From Trypanosoma brucei (lineage: Eukaryota), in assembly GCA_000002445.1 (NCBI GenBank), contig CP000071.1, forward strand, positions 1,312,001 through 1,376,000: 64,000 nt of DNA, written 5' to 3'. Under the pieces are notes generated by a model that was given only the letters and a program-made list of their open reading frames with translations, was not told where the DNA came from and searched no databases. Made by a program: the position numbers and the translations under genes. This document shows positions 12,101 through 22,560 of this stretch, one piece after another. Every line of letters starts with the position of its first letter. Within the stretch, counting starts at the first letter, position 1.

Positions 12101-12222
12101 AATCCGTTGGACAGGTCACGCCTCGGGAACCGCAAAAAACGTGGAAGCTGCAGACACCTCAACCAAGCGAGGACTTCCCGGGGTAGTCCCTCATGTTTGA
12201 ACTGACAATGAGTTTCTAGCAT
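9193..12222 (-). CDS. large protein with an N-terminal CH-like (DUF1042 / SPEF1-type calponin-homology) domain
   Basis: 1009-aa ORF. Its N-terminus VLAWLRCLQLPRFLRFPRRDLSNGFLVATICSRYWKN...LSDRMIEGLIACREGYAESLLRQL aligns with the human SPEF1 CH domain (LYLWVDNIPLSRPKRNLSRDFSDGVLVAEVIKFYFPK...VPDDVMRKIAQCAPGVVELVLIPL). The remainder is Ser/Ala-rich with no recognisable domain. ATG verified. Confidence 0.7.
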   Translation of the reverse strand: MLETHCQFKHEGLPREVLAWLRCLQLPRFLRFPRRDLSNGFLVATICSRYWKNISMHSYEDKLSVVNKRNNWEQLKKHFQQNNCPLSDRMIEGLIACREGYAESLLRQLYTLLTGREVLEAAPLPAVEITPPTVVHTSVAKKVDIEATADHVEERKVQSNRVRGIMQRGFVPIQPMENEVPPPAVDDASSRVLHSMAQDPADEDVGSSGGGGAEGTERPPVAFSISMRRSEVQPTVVCATGGKAGRRSSRSTRDVDPDLGDLGPTYTEEMSALNFIEGIVRSQGAGLKPPPSQLSKRSPGIKIRDEAAYTSCFLSDETAVGTLLQCRVWSSLLSRVGDVAAIILRDGSNLSEVAALFLREPPKRAQRCQSVPGSPRGRNTSDLLKLTSSAASASGQHASQRYMFLASVMSNISDVDAFLAVSLYRDDILHNAKEAMRRLDHIGADNHAALLCSALPADRAIALKLLPDIVSHVYNVVTQQGGASARTSFLLFLAAVVTRVTRDARAGGGSANKTQRMSSVLDSARSSAELGLEDSLSETIFTIAGYHVIGALSHESTVVRLAGARLAEVLVSRGCSRELLIDTILPLLSSCCSIPTTPLFTCVCVGWLRRALQRLCGWTCDKTWSNCISPSGTVTVSPASLVQADSFFDGEHRNLPDHVVYQLAVIMRNIRQVLRRPGSANLRLYIAEQLSLCLNDIPHQNESQALLQPQEVAVDVLRALKDAPEKAVESFFSPVLPPAVASATTKWVQIPQSGPSLVQSPLIGSLLATGRLCDCYPLALSEAVLLLFPQDELSGTEGSPGRIRLTRDVRRQNGGAAPTPSGASPGTVKNGSFRMSGGKKQSVAYETTINENMAQRVTWLYKINVSCRSGNSFPERSANLPENISSRRWVAVFQAMYSDILALTNFSETIFSRKLAVTDESTNNIARLGGMAQQLVAAWHKEVCRDGLGSVGSRIGTGTQVQGRNQGSTLLDAMAWYNGLCRNGTLGKDRYGVDTPAAPLLGSSVKERT

Positions 12223-12653
12223 CAGAATTTCTTATATGATCTCAGATATACTTATACGTAAACAGGTGAACTGATAAAATTACGAAGGCCGCACTAGTGG
12301 CCGATGTAACACTTCGGCGGCCCCGTTGCTTTTAGTGCAGTCCCTCTCCAATCCAATGTGCGTAGGCCGTCCCGCCGGCAATGATATTTATTCTTCGCTC
12401 AAACCAATTTGCTAATATTTCGTTGAAAAAATGTTCCCAAAAAAGATTTTAACGCAGGATGAAAGTAGAGAAGGTGATATGCACAGCAGCGACAGCTCAG
12501 TAAGCAAACGACACCCAACACTCAATTTTTTTTTTAAATCAGTCGTCACAAGCAGCGCACAAATTTCTCAAGTGGACGAAGAATGGCGTAAAAACGAGTA
12601 TGTGCCTCGTCGCGCTTTTACTCCTTCTCTTCATATCACCTCTGGGGCTCATC

Positions 12654-13367
12654 TCATCGGCCCATCACAACGTAGCGCAGCCCCGCAAGCCACCGCCACC
12701 ACGCAGAAACTAAACGAAGTCGATAATAAGCACACACTAAAATGAAAAGGGGTTTCCTCTTGACCACCCACGGGGAATCGCGCCGCTGCTGAAGGTGCAA
12801 CTGCTCAAAATACCCCGATCCAAAGCCGTGTGAGCCCTCCGATGATCTTAACGCCGCTGCGATGCGCTCCGCCTGGGCTCCCCGCCGTTTCTCCAGGGCT
12901 CGAGCTAACGCCACGTACTCAAACAGAGAAGTCGACCCCTCACGCAGTTGCTGCTCATCTTTTTCTTGCTTCCGTTTTTGTGTTGTTGTCTTACCGCGTT
13001 GCCACGGCAGATCCCAATTTGCCATGCTGAGTGGAGTGCCAGGTACAACAAACGAAGCAGCTACCGCCTCCATTTCCTCCCTGCCACCGCCTCCAGTTGA
13101 AGGGGTGTCACTTCGGTCAACATTATTGCCCTTCATTGCCTCCTTTTGTTTTCCAGCAAGGCATTGGAGGGTTTTGTATGCGGCGGTTATGTTCGCCATT
13201 ACCTCTGCAGATGACTCCGGACCATTGTTATCCGGATGGTGTTTCTTCACGAGTTCCACGTAACGCCTTCTAAGCACCCGCCGTTCAATTGGTGGAGCGG
13301 CGAAACCCATAAGTCTACATGCTTGGCCTACGCTAACACTCCGTAAAAACGTAGAGTAAGTGAACAT
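12654..13367 (-). CDS. J-domain (DnaJ) protein
   Basis: J domain with the HPD motif lies right after the chosen start: MFTYSTFL...RRRYVELVKKHHPDNNGPESSAEVMANITAAYKTLQ. ATG verified at 13365-13367. A minus-strand polypyrimidine tract lies about 80-150 nt upstream (13440-13510). An in-frame upstream ATG at 13697 would add 110 hydrophobic, Cys-rich residues; I judge that to be UTR. The C-terminus has one hydrophobic segment. Confidence 0.65.
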   Translation of the reverse strand: MFTYSTFLRSVSVGQACRLMGFAAPPIERRVLRRRYVELVKKHHPDNNGPESSAEVMANITAAYKTLQCLAGKQKEAMKGNNVDRSDTPSTGGGGREEMEAVAASFVVPGTPLSMANWDLPWQRGKTTTQKRKQEKDEQQLREGSTSLFEYVALARALEKRRGAQAERIAAALRSSEGSHGFGSGYFEQLHLQQRRDSPWVVKRKPLFILVCAYYRLRLVSAWWRWLAGLRYVVMGR

Positions 13368-13775
13368 ATCCACGTTTGTTTTATTGTCCGCACACCTTCT
13401 CAACTCTGTGGGATCTCCGTTTTTCCACCAAGAGTCAGAGAAAAGGGGTGTGGTACAACAGCAGCACGGGGTGAGAACATGCAACACAAAGAAGAACGCA
13501 GGGACGAAAAAAGTATTAATGTTTTGGCTCCGACGAGAACATAAACGAATAGGAAATCTCAACAAGTGACCACACAACGTACTTCCATAGTTTTCTATGA
13601 ATAAAATCAACGGCCATTCTTTTTTTTTCGTTCGCACCAAAGTAGAAGAGACCGCGGCTCGTGCACCCGAAACGTTGTGTGCAAGAAGCAAAGACATACA
13701 AACGCAGACCCAGCGAAGGCATCTGTGGCTGCACCCACAAAACTAGGGAGGCCCTCGAGCTTTCCTACCAATATA

Positions 13776-14570
13776 TTACACCACAGTAAAGAGCACATCC
13801 ACACTGAGAAGTTGATACATTTGTAAAACAACGTGGTCCACACGATTAATCCATGCCTCTTCGCCAGCCTTTCCACTTTCCCCAGCCGCTGACTTTGTAT
13901 CTATTTCCAGAAGTAGCTCCATAAAACGTTGAAGTAAGTACCCTGCACGAACTGGCTCACCACAAAGAATATGAATGAGACCGATCCTCCGGTCCCGCTT
14001 TTCCGGAAGCCCACCGTATCTTCCTACCCCCAGCTGCCCCTTCTTGGCACTGCGCAGGCATGGACCCAAATAATAGTCCAGCAGGTAATCAAAACTGGCC
14101 ACATCTGCAGTGGCTATAAAATCAAAGTAAGGCCCCTCCGACATTGCGAGAGATACCTCCGATTCAGCGAAACTGCGGCTAAAACTTTCATAAGGTATGA
14201 TACGATCCTTTAGGGAAGAAAGAACTTCACCCCACGAGCTTTCGTCGCTAATGCCATTGTGTGAAAGCCCCTCCCCACGTAGAAGAGCTTCCCCAGCTAG
14301 CAGAAGTTGATCATCAGTTCCAGCATCACTTGTTCCAACATAAGTCGGTCGTGTGCCGCCTGCTGACGATCCCCCAAGAGATGAGGCAAGTCGATTGGGG
14401 TTTGCCGCATCGCGGTTCTTTTTAACATCAGTGCTGCTGGCACTTACCAAAAGATAGTTCCGTAACTGCCCACACCGTAGGGCCAGATGAGCGAATATCA
14501 TGGAGGCGGTAACAGTGCTGCTGCGATCACCGCCGTCCACAATGTGAAGGTGATAACGGCTCGCCGTCAT
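13776..14570 (-). CDS. hypothetical protein
   Basis: 264-aa ORF of ordinary complexity with ATG verified. No recognisable domain. Confidence 0.5.
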   Translation of the reverse strand: MTASRYHLHIVDGGDRSSTVTASMIFAHLALRCGQLRNYLLVSASSTDVKKNRDAANPNRLASSLGGSSAGGTRPTYVGTSDAGTDDQLLLAGEALLRGEGLSHNGISDESSWGEVLSSLKDRIIPYESFSRSFAESEVSLAMSEGPYFDFIATADVASFDYLLDYYLGPCLRSAKKGQLGVGRYGGLPEKRDRRIGLIHILCGEPVRAGYLLQRFMELLLEIDTKSAAGESGKAGEEAWINRVDHVVLQMYQLLSVDVLFTVV

Positions 14571-15355
14571 TTATTTAAGAGTAAATAAGTAGATGTAGGC
14601 AATGTATTTATACACGTTCCGGTTACTCCGTGTCTGCTTTTAGCTTTATTTGTTTCCTTTAGCAGTTCGTTCCCCCGAACGGTATTGGCTCGTTCCTTTA
14701 AATGTCACCGATTAACTGGCACTCGCGGAGAGTTTTTTACTGCCGGATGTGAACCTTGCTCTTGAACGCCTAAAGTTCCCTTTATTTCTCTCACTGTTTT
14801 TTTTTGAAGAGAAAAATGTGGAGCACAAAGAATTTAACAACAAAAATACATAAAACGGCAACATCGTGCAACAACATGAAGTAGAGAGTTACGAAGCCGC
14901 AAACGGAAAAATAGAATCAGATGACATAAAGCATAAAAACAAAAGTGGTGCAAATACTCCTACTATCGGGTGGACCGTACACTCGTTCTAATAGAATACA
15001 AATAAAAAAATAGCATGTTATCGATGCTCCTCTCTTTTATTAGGTTATCTCTATTTTTTTTTGTTTTCCACATTAATACAACCACTAAGCAACGGTATTG
15101 CCGACCGCTCTGCGTGCGTACGCGCAACTATGTAACAAAACATTCCATGAAGTAATGAGGGTGGGGAAAATAAACTTCACTAGACTTATATACACATAGA
15201 AATAACAAATAAACTGGAACTGACTGTGCAAACCACATGTAGATCAACCCTGTCATAATCACTTGGACGGAGCAGCAGGTGCAGAGTTGTGTCCACCTCC
15301 ACCGCAAAGTCACGCACGAGAAAACACGCAACCACCACCTCGCAATGCAGAAGCT

Positions 15356-16711
15356 TTACTTTGGGGCGTCGCGACGGGATGGAAGTAAAACGGTAAGCGG
15401 CGCGGTTTTTTGACTTCCTTTTCGGTTACTGTCCTCACCAGCTCCGGTTTGGGCGCGATTTGTTGGAGGAGAGGTCCATTGGGAGTAGTGAACAACTGCA
15501 GGGGCCTCCACAAACCATAACCTTTGACGATACGGCGATTGTCCTCCGGTGTCAACAAGACGGAGGCGAGGGTTTGGGGGGGCTTCTTGTACTCCCATCG
15601 CTTCTCGTGCCGCACAAGCAATTCCCGAAGTTTTGGGGCGCCACGTGCACTTTTTACTATCCATATTTTGTTTCTTCGGGGAGGAACAGAAGGTCGTATC
15701 CGGAAAGGTTACACTAGCTTCAGAATCCTGCAGCCGCCCAACTTCACATCGTAACGGTGACTTTTTACACACGTTCAACTCTTTACCGGTGGCCGCCAGT
15801 TGAAACGGCACCTCCTTTTCACTACGGTAATTTGCATGGTATCGCGTCTCCTGAGTTTTGACATCCGCATGACATCCAGGTGTTACTTTGCCCTCATCAA
15901 GCGGAAATTTTTCGTTTGCTTGTTTCAGCGGCCGCTGCGAGCCGTTTAGCCTCAGCCGCCCCTCGCGCCGTTCACGTACTAAAGAACAGAGAGCTGCGCT
16001 CCTCTCCCTTAGAGCCACAACCAACGCATGATACTCTTTATACCCAATACGACTCTCTCCCGACGGTGTTTCCATAGACTCAAACTGTTTTTGGTTATTT
16101 TCCGTGAGTAACATTAGAGCGGAGGAAATTCCAGAAACCGCATCGACAAATGCCTCAACTGCGACTGCGGTTACATCCTCCCGCTCAGACCTTCGCAGCG
16201 GTTCAGAAATGACACAATTCAACCCATCGGCAGCCGTCGTCGCTCCCAACCCGGGGTTTGAGACGGCTGCGTGACCGGTGGGGCACACGGCTTCAAAACC
16301 GCAGCAGCAACCGACACCGATTTCGGTATTTGGGGAAGGGCTGGAGTTGGCGGAAGAGAAGTGGCGGCTTTTCTTATCTGGCACGAGATGTTGAATACTT
16401 TGGAGTGGTGCAGAACACGTCTCGGCCGTTTCCTCCAGAAATGACTGCTGACGCTGCTCGCCAGCTTGTTGTTCTGAGTTCAAATCCTCTGAAGCGCCCA
16501 CAGCACCAAACCCGGAGCCGCAGCGACTCCCCCCGAGTTCTTCATGCGTTGCGGCATTACGGTGCCACCCTCTCCATGACCGGAGTGGGCTCGGCGCGAA
16601 GCCCGCAACATTATCTTGCATTCGTCTTTTCTGCTCAAAAGGAACGAGGCGCGGAAAACGATGAGGAAAGTAAATGTTGGAATTGAGAAACGCTTCACGC
16701 AGCAGAGACAT
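15356..16711 (-). CDS. hypothetical protein
   Basis: The track ORF begins with TTG at 16730-16732, translated as M. The first in-frame ATG (MSLLREAF...) is at 16709-16711 and was verified. No recognisable domain. Confidence 0.5.
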   Translation of the reverse strand: MSLLREAFLNSNIYFPHRFPRLVPFEQKRRMQDNVAGFAPSPLRSWRGWHRNAATHEELGGSRCGSGFGAVGASEDLNSEQQAGEQRQQSFLEETAETCSAPLQSIQHLVPDKKSRHFSSANSSPSPNTEIGVGCCCGFEAVCPTGHAAVSNPGLGATTAADGLNCVISEPLRRSEREDVTAVAVEAFVDAVSGISSALMLLTENNQKQFESMETPSGESRIGYKEYHALVVALRERSAALCSLVRERREGRLRLNGSQRPLKQANEKFPLDEGKVTPGCHADVKTQETRYHANYRSEKEVPFQLAATGKELNVCKKSPLRCEVGRLQDSEASVTFPDTTFCSSPKKQNMDSKKCTWRPKTSGIACAAREAMGVQEAPPNPRLRLVDTGGQSPYRQRLWFVEAPAVVHYSQWTSPPTNRAQTGAGEDSNRKGSQKTAPLTVLLPSRRDAPK

Positions 16712-16820
16712 TTGATGTCCATCAATAAACAATCAAGCGAGTAGCGACTCAAATAAACGGTAATAAGAAAACAAAGAAAAAAATTAAAGCTGTATATGTG
16801 CGAAGGTACCGGTACAGCAA

Positions 16821-17034
16821 CACACATACACACACACACACACACAAATGACGAAAAGAGGGGTGAGGGAATAAGTTTTAAAAACAACAACAACAACACC
16901 AAACAAACAAACGGAGACATATAATAAATAATAACAATAACAGCGGAAGCAAAGAAAGGTAATATGCGGCATAGCCTCTGTTTCCCCTCGGACCCCTGTT
17001 ACCTTGTAGACATCACCACACACACACACACACA
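16821..17034. repeat. two (CA)n microsatellites (16821-16846 and 17014-17034) flanking a (CAA)n/(AAC)n stretch
   Basis: Read directly from the sequence. Confidence 0.9.
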
Positions 17035-18712
17035 TGCAACACACACGTCTCCCTCCCGTTTGCTTTCACACAAGCATGCACATACATCAGCAAATACACG
17101 TGTGCAGGTTGAGCGAAAAGTGTTAACATAAAGCATTGTGCCAATACCAAACGAGGGAATGGAGTTAACACAGCAATGACACGACTGGCAACATAAACTG
17201 CCGCTACCGCTACGTTACAGAGCGAATCCCGCTGTGCACAGCCTTCCTCTGAGCAAAGCAAGCTTCAAGTGAGATAATATTAACTGCAATAATAACCCAA
17301 CACACAAACATTAGCCATACATGTGAAACGAAAGATAAAAGGTTTGCTCCCACACTGTCATCAAAGTCGAGTCGAAGGCTACTGATGTGCGCCCTTAATA
17401 ACGGTTGCCATCTATTATTATTATTTTTTTTCTTGTCTCTCTCTCCCATCCCTCCAGTGCCATCTTAACACACATGCACACAACTATTTTCTCGCTGCAC
17501 GTTTTACTTGCTTTGGTTTAATATGGTAATCTTACAGGGAGTCAAATCAATGTTTCATTGATCCTTCCCTTTTTTCCCCCCTTCACACATCTCTGCTTCG
17601 TTGTTTTTCCGCAACTTCTTCCACACACTTGCTTCCCTCCCCCCTTTACCTCCCTCCCTAAACATCACACGCATAAGCACACATACAGATATATATATAT
17701 ATAAGTGCGCGTCCGCAACAAAGAGAAAAATCCACATATACATACACAAATGCATACATATATATAAATATGAATATATTGAAAGATTTAGAAGGTGTTA
17801 ATGGCCGCTGCGCGTTACAACAAGAAGTGACGCCGAAGTTCCCCCACCCGTACAACTTTTTTCCCCTCCACCCCGTTCCTTCCTTCACTCGACCATGCGT
17901 GTCATATCATCATCATTGTTCCCGTCACACCTCTGACAAAAAGATGTACTTAGAGGAATGAGGAAAGAAAAGTGGAAAAAAAAAACATATATATATATAC
18001 GTGAAGCTCCGATACAGTAAATATTCCTTCGCCCTCTCCCCCCCTCTTTCTCAGTAAGTTTCAGTGAAAGGTGGTTTTAAAAAAAAATATTATAAACAAC
18101 AGCGAAAAAAAAAGAGAAAAAAGGTAAAGGTAAAGGTGTCGGGTAGTGGTTGTGGCGGTAACATTTATCGACCACAGGTACGAAAACCTTAGCGGTATGA
18201 TGATGTGAACAACCCGCGAAGAAACAAAAAATCCTTTTTAAGGAAATTAAAAAGGAAAACAAAGAACAGAAATATCTATAAATATACAAACAAGTTGAAG
18301 CAAATGTCCCGTTTTCACACCGCTCAATCCGACGCCTACCACCCTGTGGACAACTGAAGTTCAACGCATTAAACCAGAGTTGGTGGACATACGGAAAGGA
18401 GCCCTCGAAGGGTGTAAAAAAAAAAAATTGAGAAGAAGGTGGAATGTCGGGTGGAGTGGAAAGTAAATCCTTCAGTTGGTTTTAATCAAACGACAAAAAA
18501 CGAAAGGGAAAGGAAGGGAAAGGGGTAAACGGCATCCGCGCGCACAAGCGAACGAGCAGGTTCTGTTACTGAGGAAGCAAAAAAGAGCGAAACAAGAAAA
18601 AGAAAAAGCACTTTTCGCCAAATCTTGCGATCAGGTAAGAACAGGAGCAACAGAAATACACGCATGTGAAAGTAAACAAATCAGCAGATGATGTGTATAC
18701 AAACGTGCGTAC

Positions 18713-18714
<2 letters not shown>

Positions 18715-18764
<50 letters not shown>

Positions 18765-18790
18765 CTACAAATAAATAAATTTATTTATTT
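18715..18790. repeat. compound microsatellite (AT)n(GT)n followed by (AAAT)/(TTTA) units
   Basis: Read directly from the sequence. Confidence 0.95.
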
Positions 18791-19171
18791 TTCCTTGTAT
18801 GCGCAGCCATAAACGGAGGGCAGAGAAAAAAAAAATGTCAGGGATGGAGGAGCGAATGCGAGGAAAATTGCCCCGCCGCCGTTACCACCACTCACTTGTA
18901 ATGCTTCATTGGATGCTCCCTTGCACAGGCAACCACGCACCTACACGTTCGTACAACTCTCAACACCTCCGCCACCACCAGCGAAACCACCAAACACATC
19001 AACAGATTTCAATCTGCCAACAAAATAGAAGTAAAGAAGGACGAAACCAAGAGACATGATGCAAAGTCGCTCCCCTCCCAACCAACGCCCTGCTTCACAT
19101 CTTGCCATCCACCTTCTGATTTTTTGGTTGTGGCCCTTCGTCGTACCACCCACTCTTATTACAATCTGGAT

Positions 19172-21421
19172 TTATTTAGATTTCTCAAACGCAGCAAAGG
19201 CCTCCTTAGCAGTTTCGCCGTACTTTGTCGTTAAATGTGACTTGAACTTGTCGAAGGCATCTTTTGGAGAAACGAAAGGCCGAACTGCCTTTAAGAAGTC
19301 CTCAAAGGCTCTCTCCGGCGTTCGACCAAGAGATTGCCACGCCACAAATACCTCTTCTAGTAGCTGGTGAAGGGGTTGCTTTGAATTTACCATCCTCTTC
19401 AGCGTCTCCTTGTGCTCACGGCAGAGATGCTCCACGTCAAATCGAACAAAGGTAAAGAAAGCCGATATGAGGCAGCACTGATGGTGGAGGGACCGCGAAA
19501 TGGGACCATTCAAAAGAGGAACATTCTTTGCTCCGTCTGCATCACATAACTGGTTGAAGAATTCCACCTCCGTGTCATATGTGGTAAATTGCCTCAAAAT
19601 GTCGTCTGATTCATCCACCACTGTACCTGACAGAAGCGGAGGAGAATACCGCAGCAGTGCCGGTAGTACACGGAAGCGGGACTTCGGGTCGTAATCGGCG
19701 TTGCTGTTTTTCGGCCCCTCGCTGAGAACAGCTTGAACTTCTTTGAGCATATTGGCTATGTGGTCGCGGCTTCCCCCGCAGTCAACGAGCATATCCAGGA
19801 AATCTGTATGGAAGGAAAGTGGGAACACACTACGACCTCCCTTTATAACAATTGCCCAGTTATGGAAGTACTTCGGAAGGTCGGTAAAGATATCTTGCTC
19901 GACTGCATCCCTGAGATGCTTACGGAGCGCTTGTCTCACTTCACTGACAGGTAGCACCCTCGCGTTCCCCAATTTCTCGAACAACTCGCCGAGCCGAGCG
20001 CGTTGATCTGCATATCGCATTGTTGTGATATAGCGGTGAATAATGGAGGAACAGTATGCTATGCGTGTCTCCTCTGGGATGTCTGCCAATAGCAACGACA
20101 CCTCCTCCAAACTTTCAGCTGTGAAGTACTTGTCCATGGCCGCCCAAAACTTATCCCGGGACGGAACAGGCTTAAGCGGGGGCGGTATCGGTGGCAAAGG
20201 GTGTCGTTCACGCTCGCTATCACCCGTCCCTGTCACGTTACCTCCTCGGTCTCCTGAACTTCGCGCCGCTGCCGCAGCGGCCCCATGACGCGGCACCCAA
20301 TTATTATCTATTGTCTCAAGTGTGTTTAGCAATAGGAACTGAATGCGCCGCTGGGGGTGAGTGTGCATGAGGTCCTGAAGCACGGAGCGAAAGTGCGGCA
20401 CGAGCTCCGCACCCTCTTTGGAAAAATCTTTCCCGCACGTCAGAAGGAGATTCATGAAATGGATTATTTCGTAATCAGCGGGTATACGTCGTTTCGTCTC
20501 CGGACCGTACAAAAGCCACTGAAGGATCTGCAAGACTACCTTCTCGCGCACGAGACCGTGTGTGAAGAGGAGACCCAGAAAATTGATGTTTGCCTTCTGC
20601 TTCGCGGCGAAGTTCATTCGGCGTTGCTCCGCCTCATCCTCAGGAAGGCCCGCAATCTCCCGCTCCAGCTTTCCTTGAGCATCATCAGCCTTCTCAAACA
20701 TATTCTGTGACTGCCTAATAATTGCACTGCGAATGCGTCGACCCGCAGGTTCGTTGTCACCGATGCTACTGATCAAGTGAGCAATCAGCTTAACATAAAG
20801 CTGTACAAAGATGCTGTCCTCCGGTTGAATGGACTTGTGAAAAATCACCCTAATAACCTCTTCAATTTCTTCATCGTCGGATTGACGAATGGGAAGATTG
20901 GTCAACTCCTTCTTCATAAGTTCAATGTTGTCTTCACTTACTTTCCCGAGAATACCTAGTACCTCGTTGTGCAACTTCCGCTCACTCATCACCTTAGAAG
21001 GCGCAGACTCCCCCTGGAAGAGGTCCTCGCGGGAGAATATATGCTCGGGCTTGTTGACGTTGTTCTCTGGCATCTCCTTCCACAAATCCGTTGCGAATTG
21101 GAGAATGCCCTTGGGTGGCAAACATTTTGTGTTCTGCAATCTGGTAAACTCAGCGATCTCGTAGACGCAGTCTTCCGGGTAGCTGGACACTGGGGACTCG
21201 GCGGTTCCAGGGGCAGGAGCCGATGTGCGGTCAAAAATACCTGCCGATGGAGACGGAGCCGCCTGGTGGTGGAGGGGTGAGCCGCTGTTGACGCCCCGAC
21301 CGAGTCCGGCCCGATGAAAGCCAATTCCACGACCTGTGGGTCGCTGAAACGAGGAGGGCCCTTGCGTTAATGGTGCAGACCCTATGCGAGGGGGAACAAC
21401 AGGTGCGGCGCGGTGCTCCAT
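19172..21421 (-). CDS. EIF4G5: eIF4G-family translation initiation factor (MIF4G domain); EIF4G5-like
   Basis: 749-aa ORF with a central MIF4G/HEAT domain (LTNLPIRQSDDEEIEEVIRVIFHKSIQPEDSIFVQLYVKLIAHL...NINFLGLLFTHGLVREKVVLQILQWLL). The paralogue assignment rests on size (about 83 kDa) and remembered synteny with uridine phosphorylase and PBP1 on T. brucei chromosome 8; it is not verifiable here. ATG verified. Confidence 0.75.
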   Translation of the reverse strand: MEHRAAPVVPPRIGSAPLTQGPSSFQRPTGRGIGFHRAGLGRGVNSGSPLHHQAAPSPSAGIFDRTSAPAPGTAESPVSSYPEDCVYEIAEFTRLQNTKCLPPKGILQFATDLWKEMPENNVNKPEHIFSREDLFQGESAPSKVMSERKLHNEVLGILGKVSEDNIELMKKELTNLPIRQSDDEEIEEVIRVIFHKSIQPEDSIFVQLYVKLIAHLISSIGDNEPAGRRIRSAIIRQSQNMFEKADDAQGKLEREIAGLPEDEAEQRRMNFAAKQKANINFLGLLFTHGLVREKVVLQILQWLLYGPETKRRIPADYEIIHFMNLLLTCGKDFSKEGAELVPHFRSVLQDLMHTHPQRRIQFLLLNTLETIDNNWVPRHGAAAAAARSSGDRGGNVTGTGDSERERHPLPPIPPPLKPVPSRDKFWAAMDKYFTAESLEEVSLLLADIPEETRIAYCSSIIHRYITTMRYADQRARLGELFEKLGNARVLPVSEVRQALRKHLRDAVEQDIFTDLPKYFHNWAIVIKGGRSVFPLSFHTDFLDMLVDCGGSRDHIANMLKEVQAVLSEGPKNSNADYDPKSRFRVLPALLRYSPPLLSGTVVDESDDILRQFTTYDTEVEFFNQLCDADGAKNVPLLNGPISRSLHHQCCLISAFFTFVRFDVEHLCREHKETLKRMVNSKQPLHQLLEEVFVAWQSLGRTPERAFEDFLKAVRPFVSPKDAFDKFKSHLTTKYGETAKEAFAAFEKSK

Positions 21422-22454
21422 CGTAGTTGATATCGCTTGTATTCCAGTGATGCAGTTGTAGCTCCACTCCCCGTATGTATATGTCTATTTTGTATATGTA
21501 GGTCCCTCTTCTATCACTTACCCGATTCCCTCTCCCCTCTTCTCACGTATGAACGACCCCGACCTTTTTAAATGAAATGCCCCCTGTGGGTGAGCCGAGC
21601 AACTCGAATGGACGCGTGTGTCCCTCGCCTAGTAGGCACAATTGCTACTCGTTTAGTCCTTATACCGGCTAAAATGTTGATCACTATGCACTGTCCGAAT
21701 AACTTGTCAGAAGACTCCCTGGTTGTTTGTTGTTATTCCACAAGCACCTCTTCGTCAGATTCTGCGTACCTCCTTCCCCTTTCCTCTCTCTTCTGTTGTT
21801 CCTTACTCACTAACTGCTGCTTAGTTCTTCCCTTGAACCCAACTATAACTTCCTTCTTCCGCACTGCAGCTCCGCAAACGTGCCACGCTGTCCCTGTATA
21901 TATATGCGTGTGCGCACTTATGTGTGTTTCCGTCCTTGAGTCTATTAATCCTTCCTCCCCAGAACACAACTAATACTTTTAATGCCTCTTTTCCACTGCT
22001 TCCCTCACTTACCCTCGTCTCTTCCTTACACGGACTGTGTCTTATTAACTGGGAATGTGACGTTCCTTCACCCAGCGCCAGGGGTACGCGCTTGCCCTTC
22101 CCTTGTCCCCTAAAAAGATCTTCTTCCCTTTCTTTTTAAATCAATCCTTGATTTTCTTTTATTCTTTTTTCCTTCTTTTTCCCTCTTTCGAAAAAAAAAT
22201 ATTAACCTCCTCTTACCTTCCTTCCCACAGGCCAACTTTTTTTTTCCGCCGGCCCTGCGGTCTGTTATTCCCTCTTGGCTTCTCCTTTTCCTATGGGAGT
22301 ACCTCTGTTTACTGTGCCTCTTCCCTCTTATATTTCCTTTTCGATCTTTACTTCTTATTCCTTATTTCTCTTTCCTCGATTGTTCTTTTATGTCCCTGCC
22401 GATGTTGTTTTACCCACCTCTAGTTCCCTTTTCCCAGTCACCTCTGACAGGTCA

Positions 22455-22560
22455 ATAACCAAAAGATGTTAAAAACAGAAACGAAAACCCAAGGATAAAA
22501 TCGAATGACACCTAGACAAAAAAAGATAAAAAGAACTATTTAGTGTTCAAAAACAAATGT
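22455..22560 (-). promoter_or_regulatory. nearest strong polypyrimidine tract upstream of the EIF4G5-like gene, about 1 kb from the ATG
   Basis: The + strand is purine/A-rich here, so the minus strand is pyrimidine-rich. The region between this tract and the ATG at 21421 is GA-rich on the coding strand and has no comparable tract. Confidence 0.4.

Noticed and set aside
13368-13697. 110-codon in-frame upstream extension of the J-protein ORF, starting at an ATG at 13697
   Set aside because: The extension is hydrophobic and Cys-rich (TPCCCCTTPLF) and overlaps a coding-strand polypyrimidine tract at about 13440-13510. The J domain begins right after the downstream ATG, which is the usual layout. 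A TM-anchored Pam18-like N-terminus cannot be fully excluded.
18185-18360. C-box-like TGATGA next to a 6-bp complement (agcggt/accgct) about 130 nt away, suggestive of a C/D snoRNA
   Set aside because: No CTGA D box lies adjacent to the 3' stem half, and the motif is on the + strand while all transcription here is on the minus strand. It is a chance motif.
21733-21969. 78-codon minus-strand ORF (K/E-rich) inside the putative long leader of the EIF4G5-like gene
   Set aside because: It is short, of low complexity and lies in GA-rich sequence. It is more likely a uORF-like artefact than a gene.
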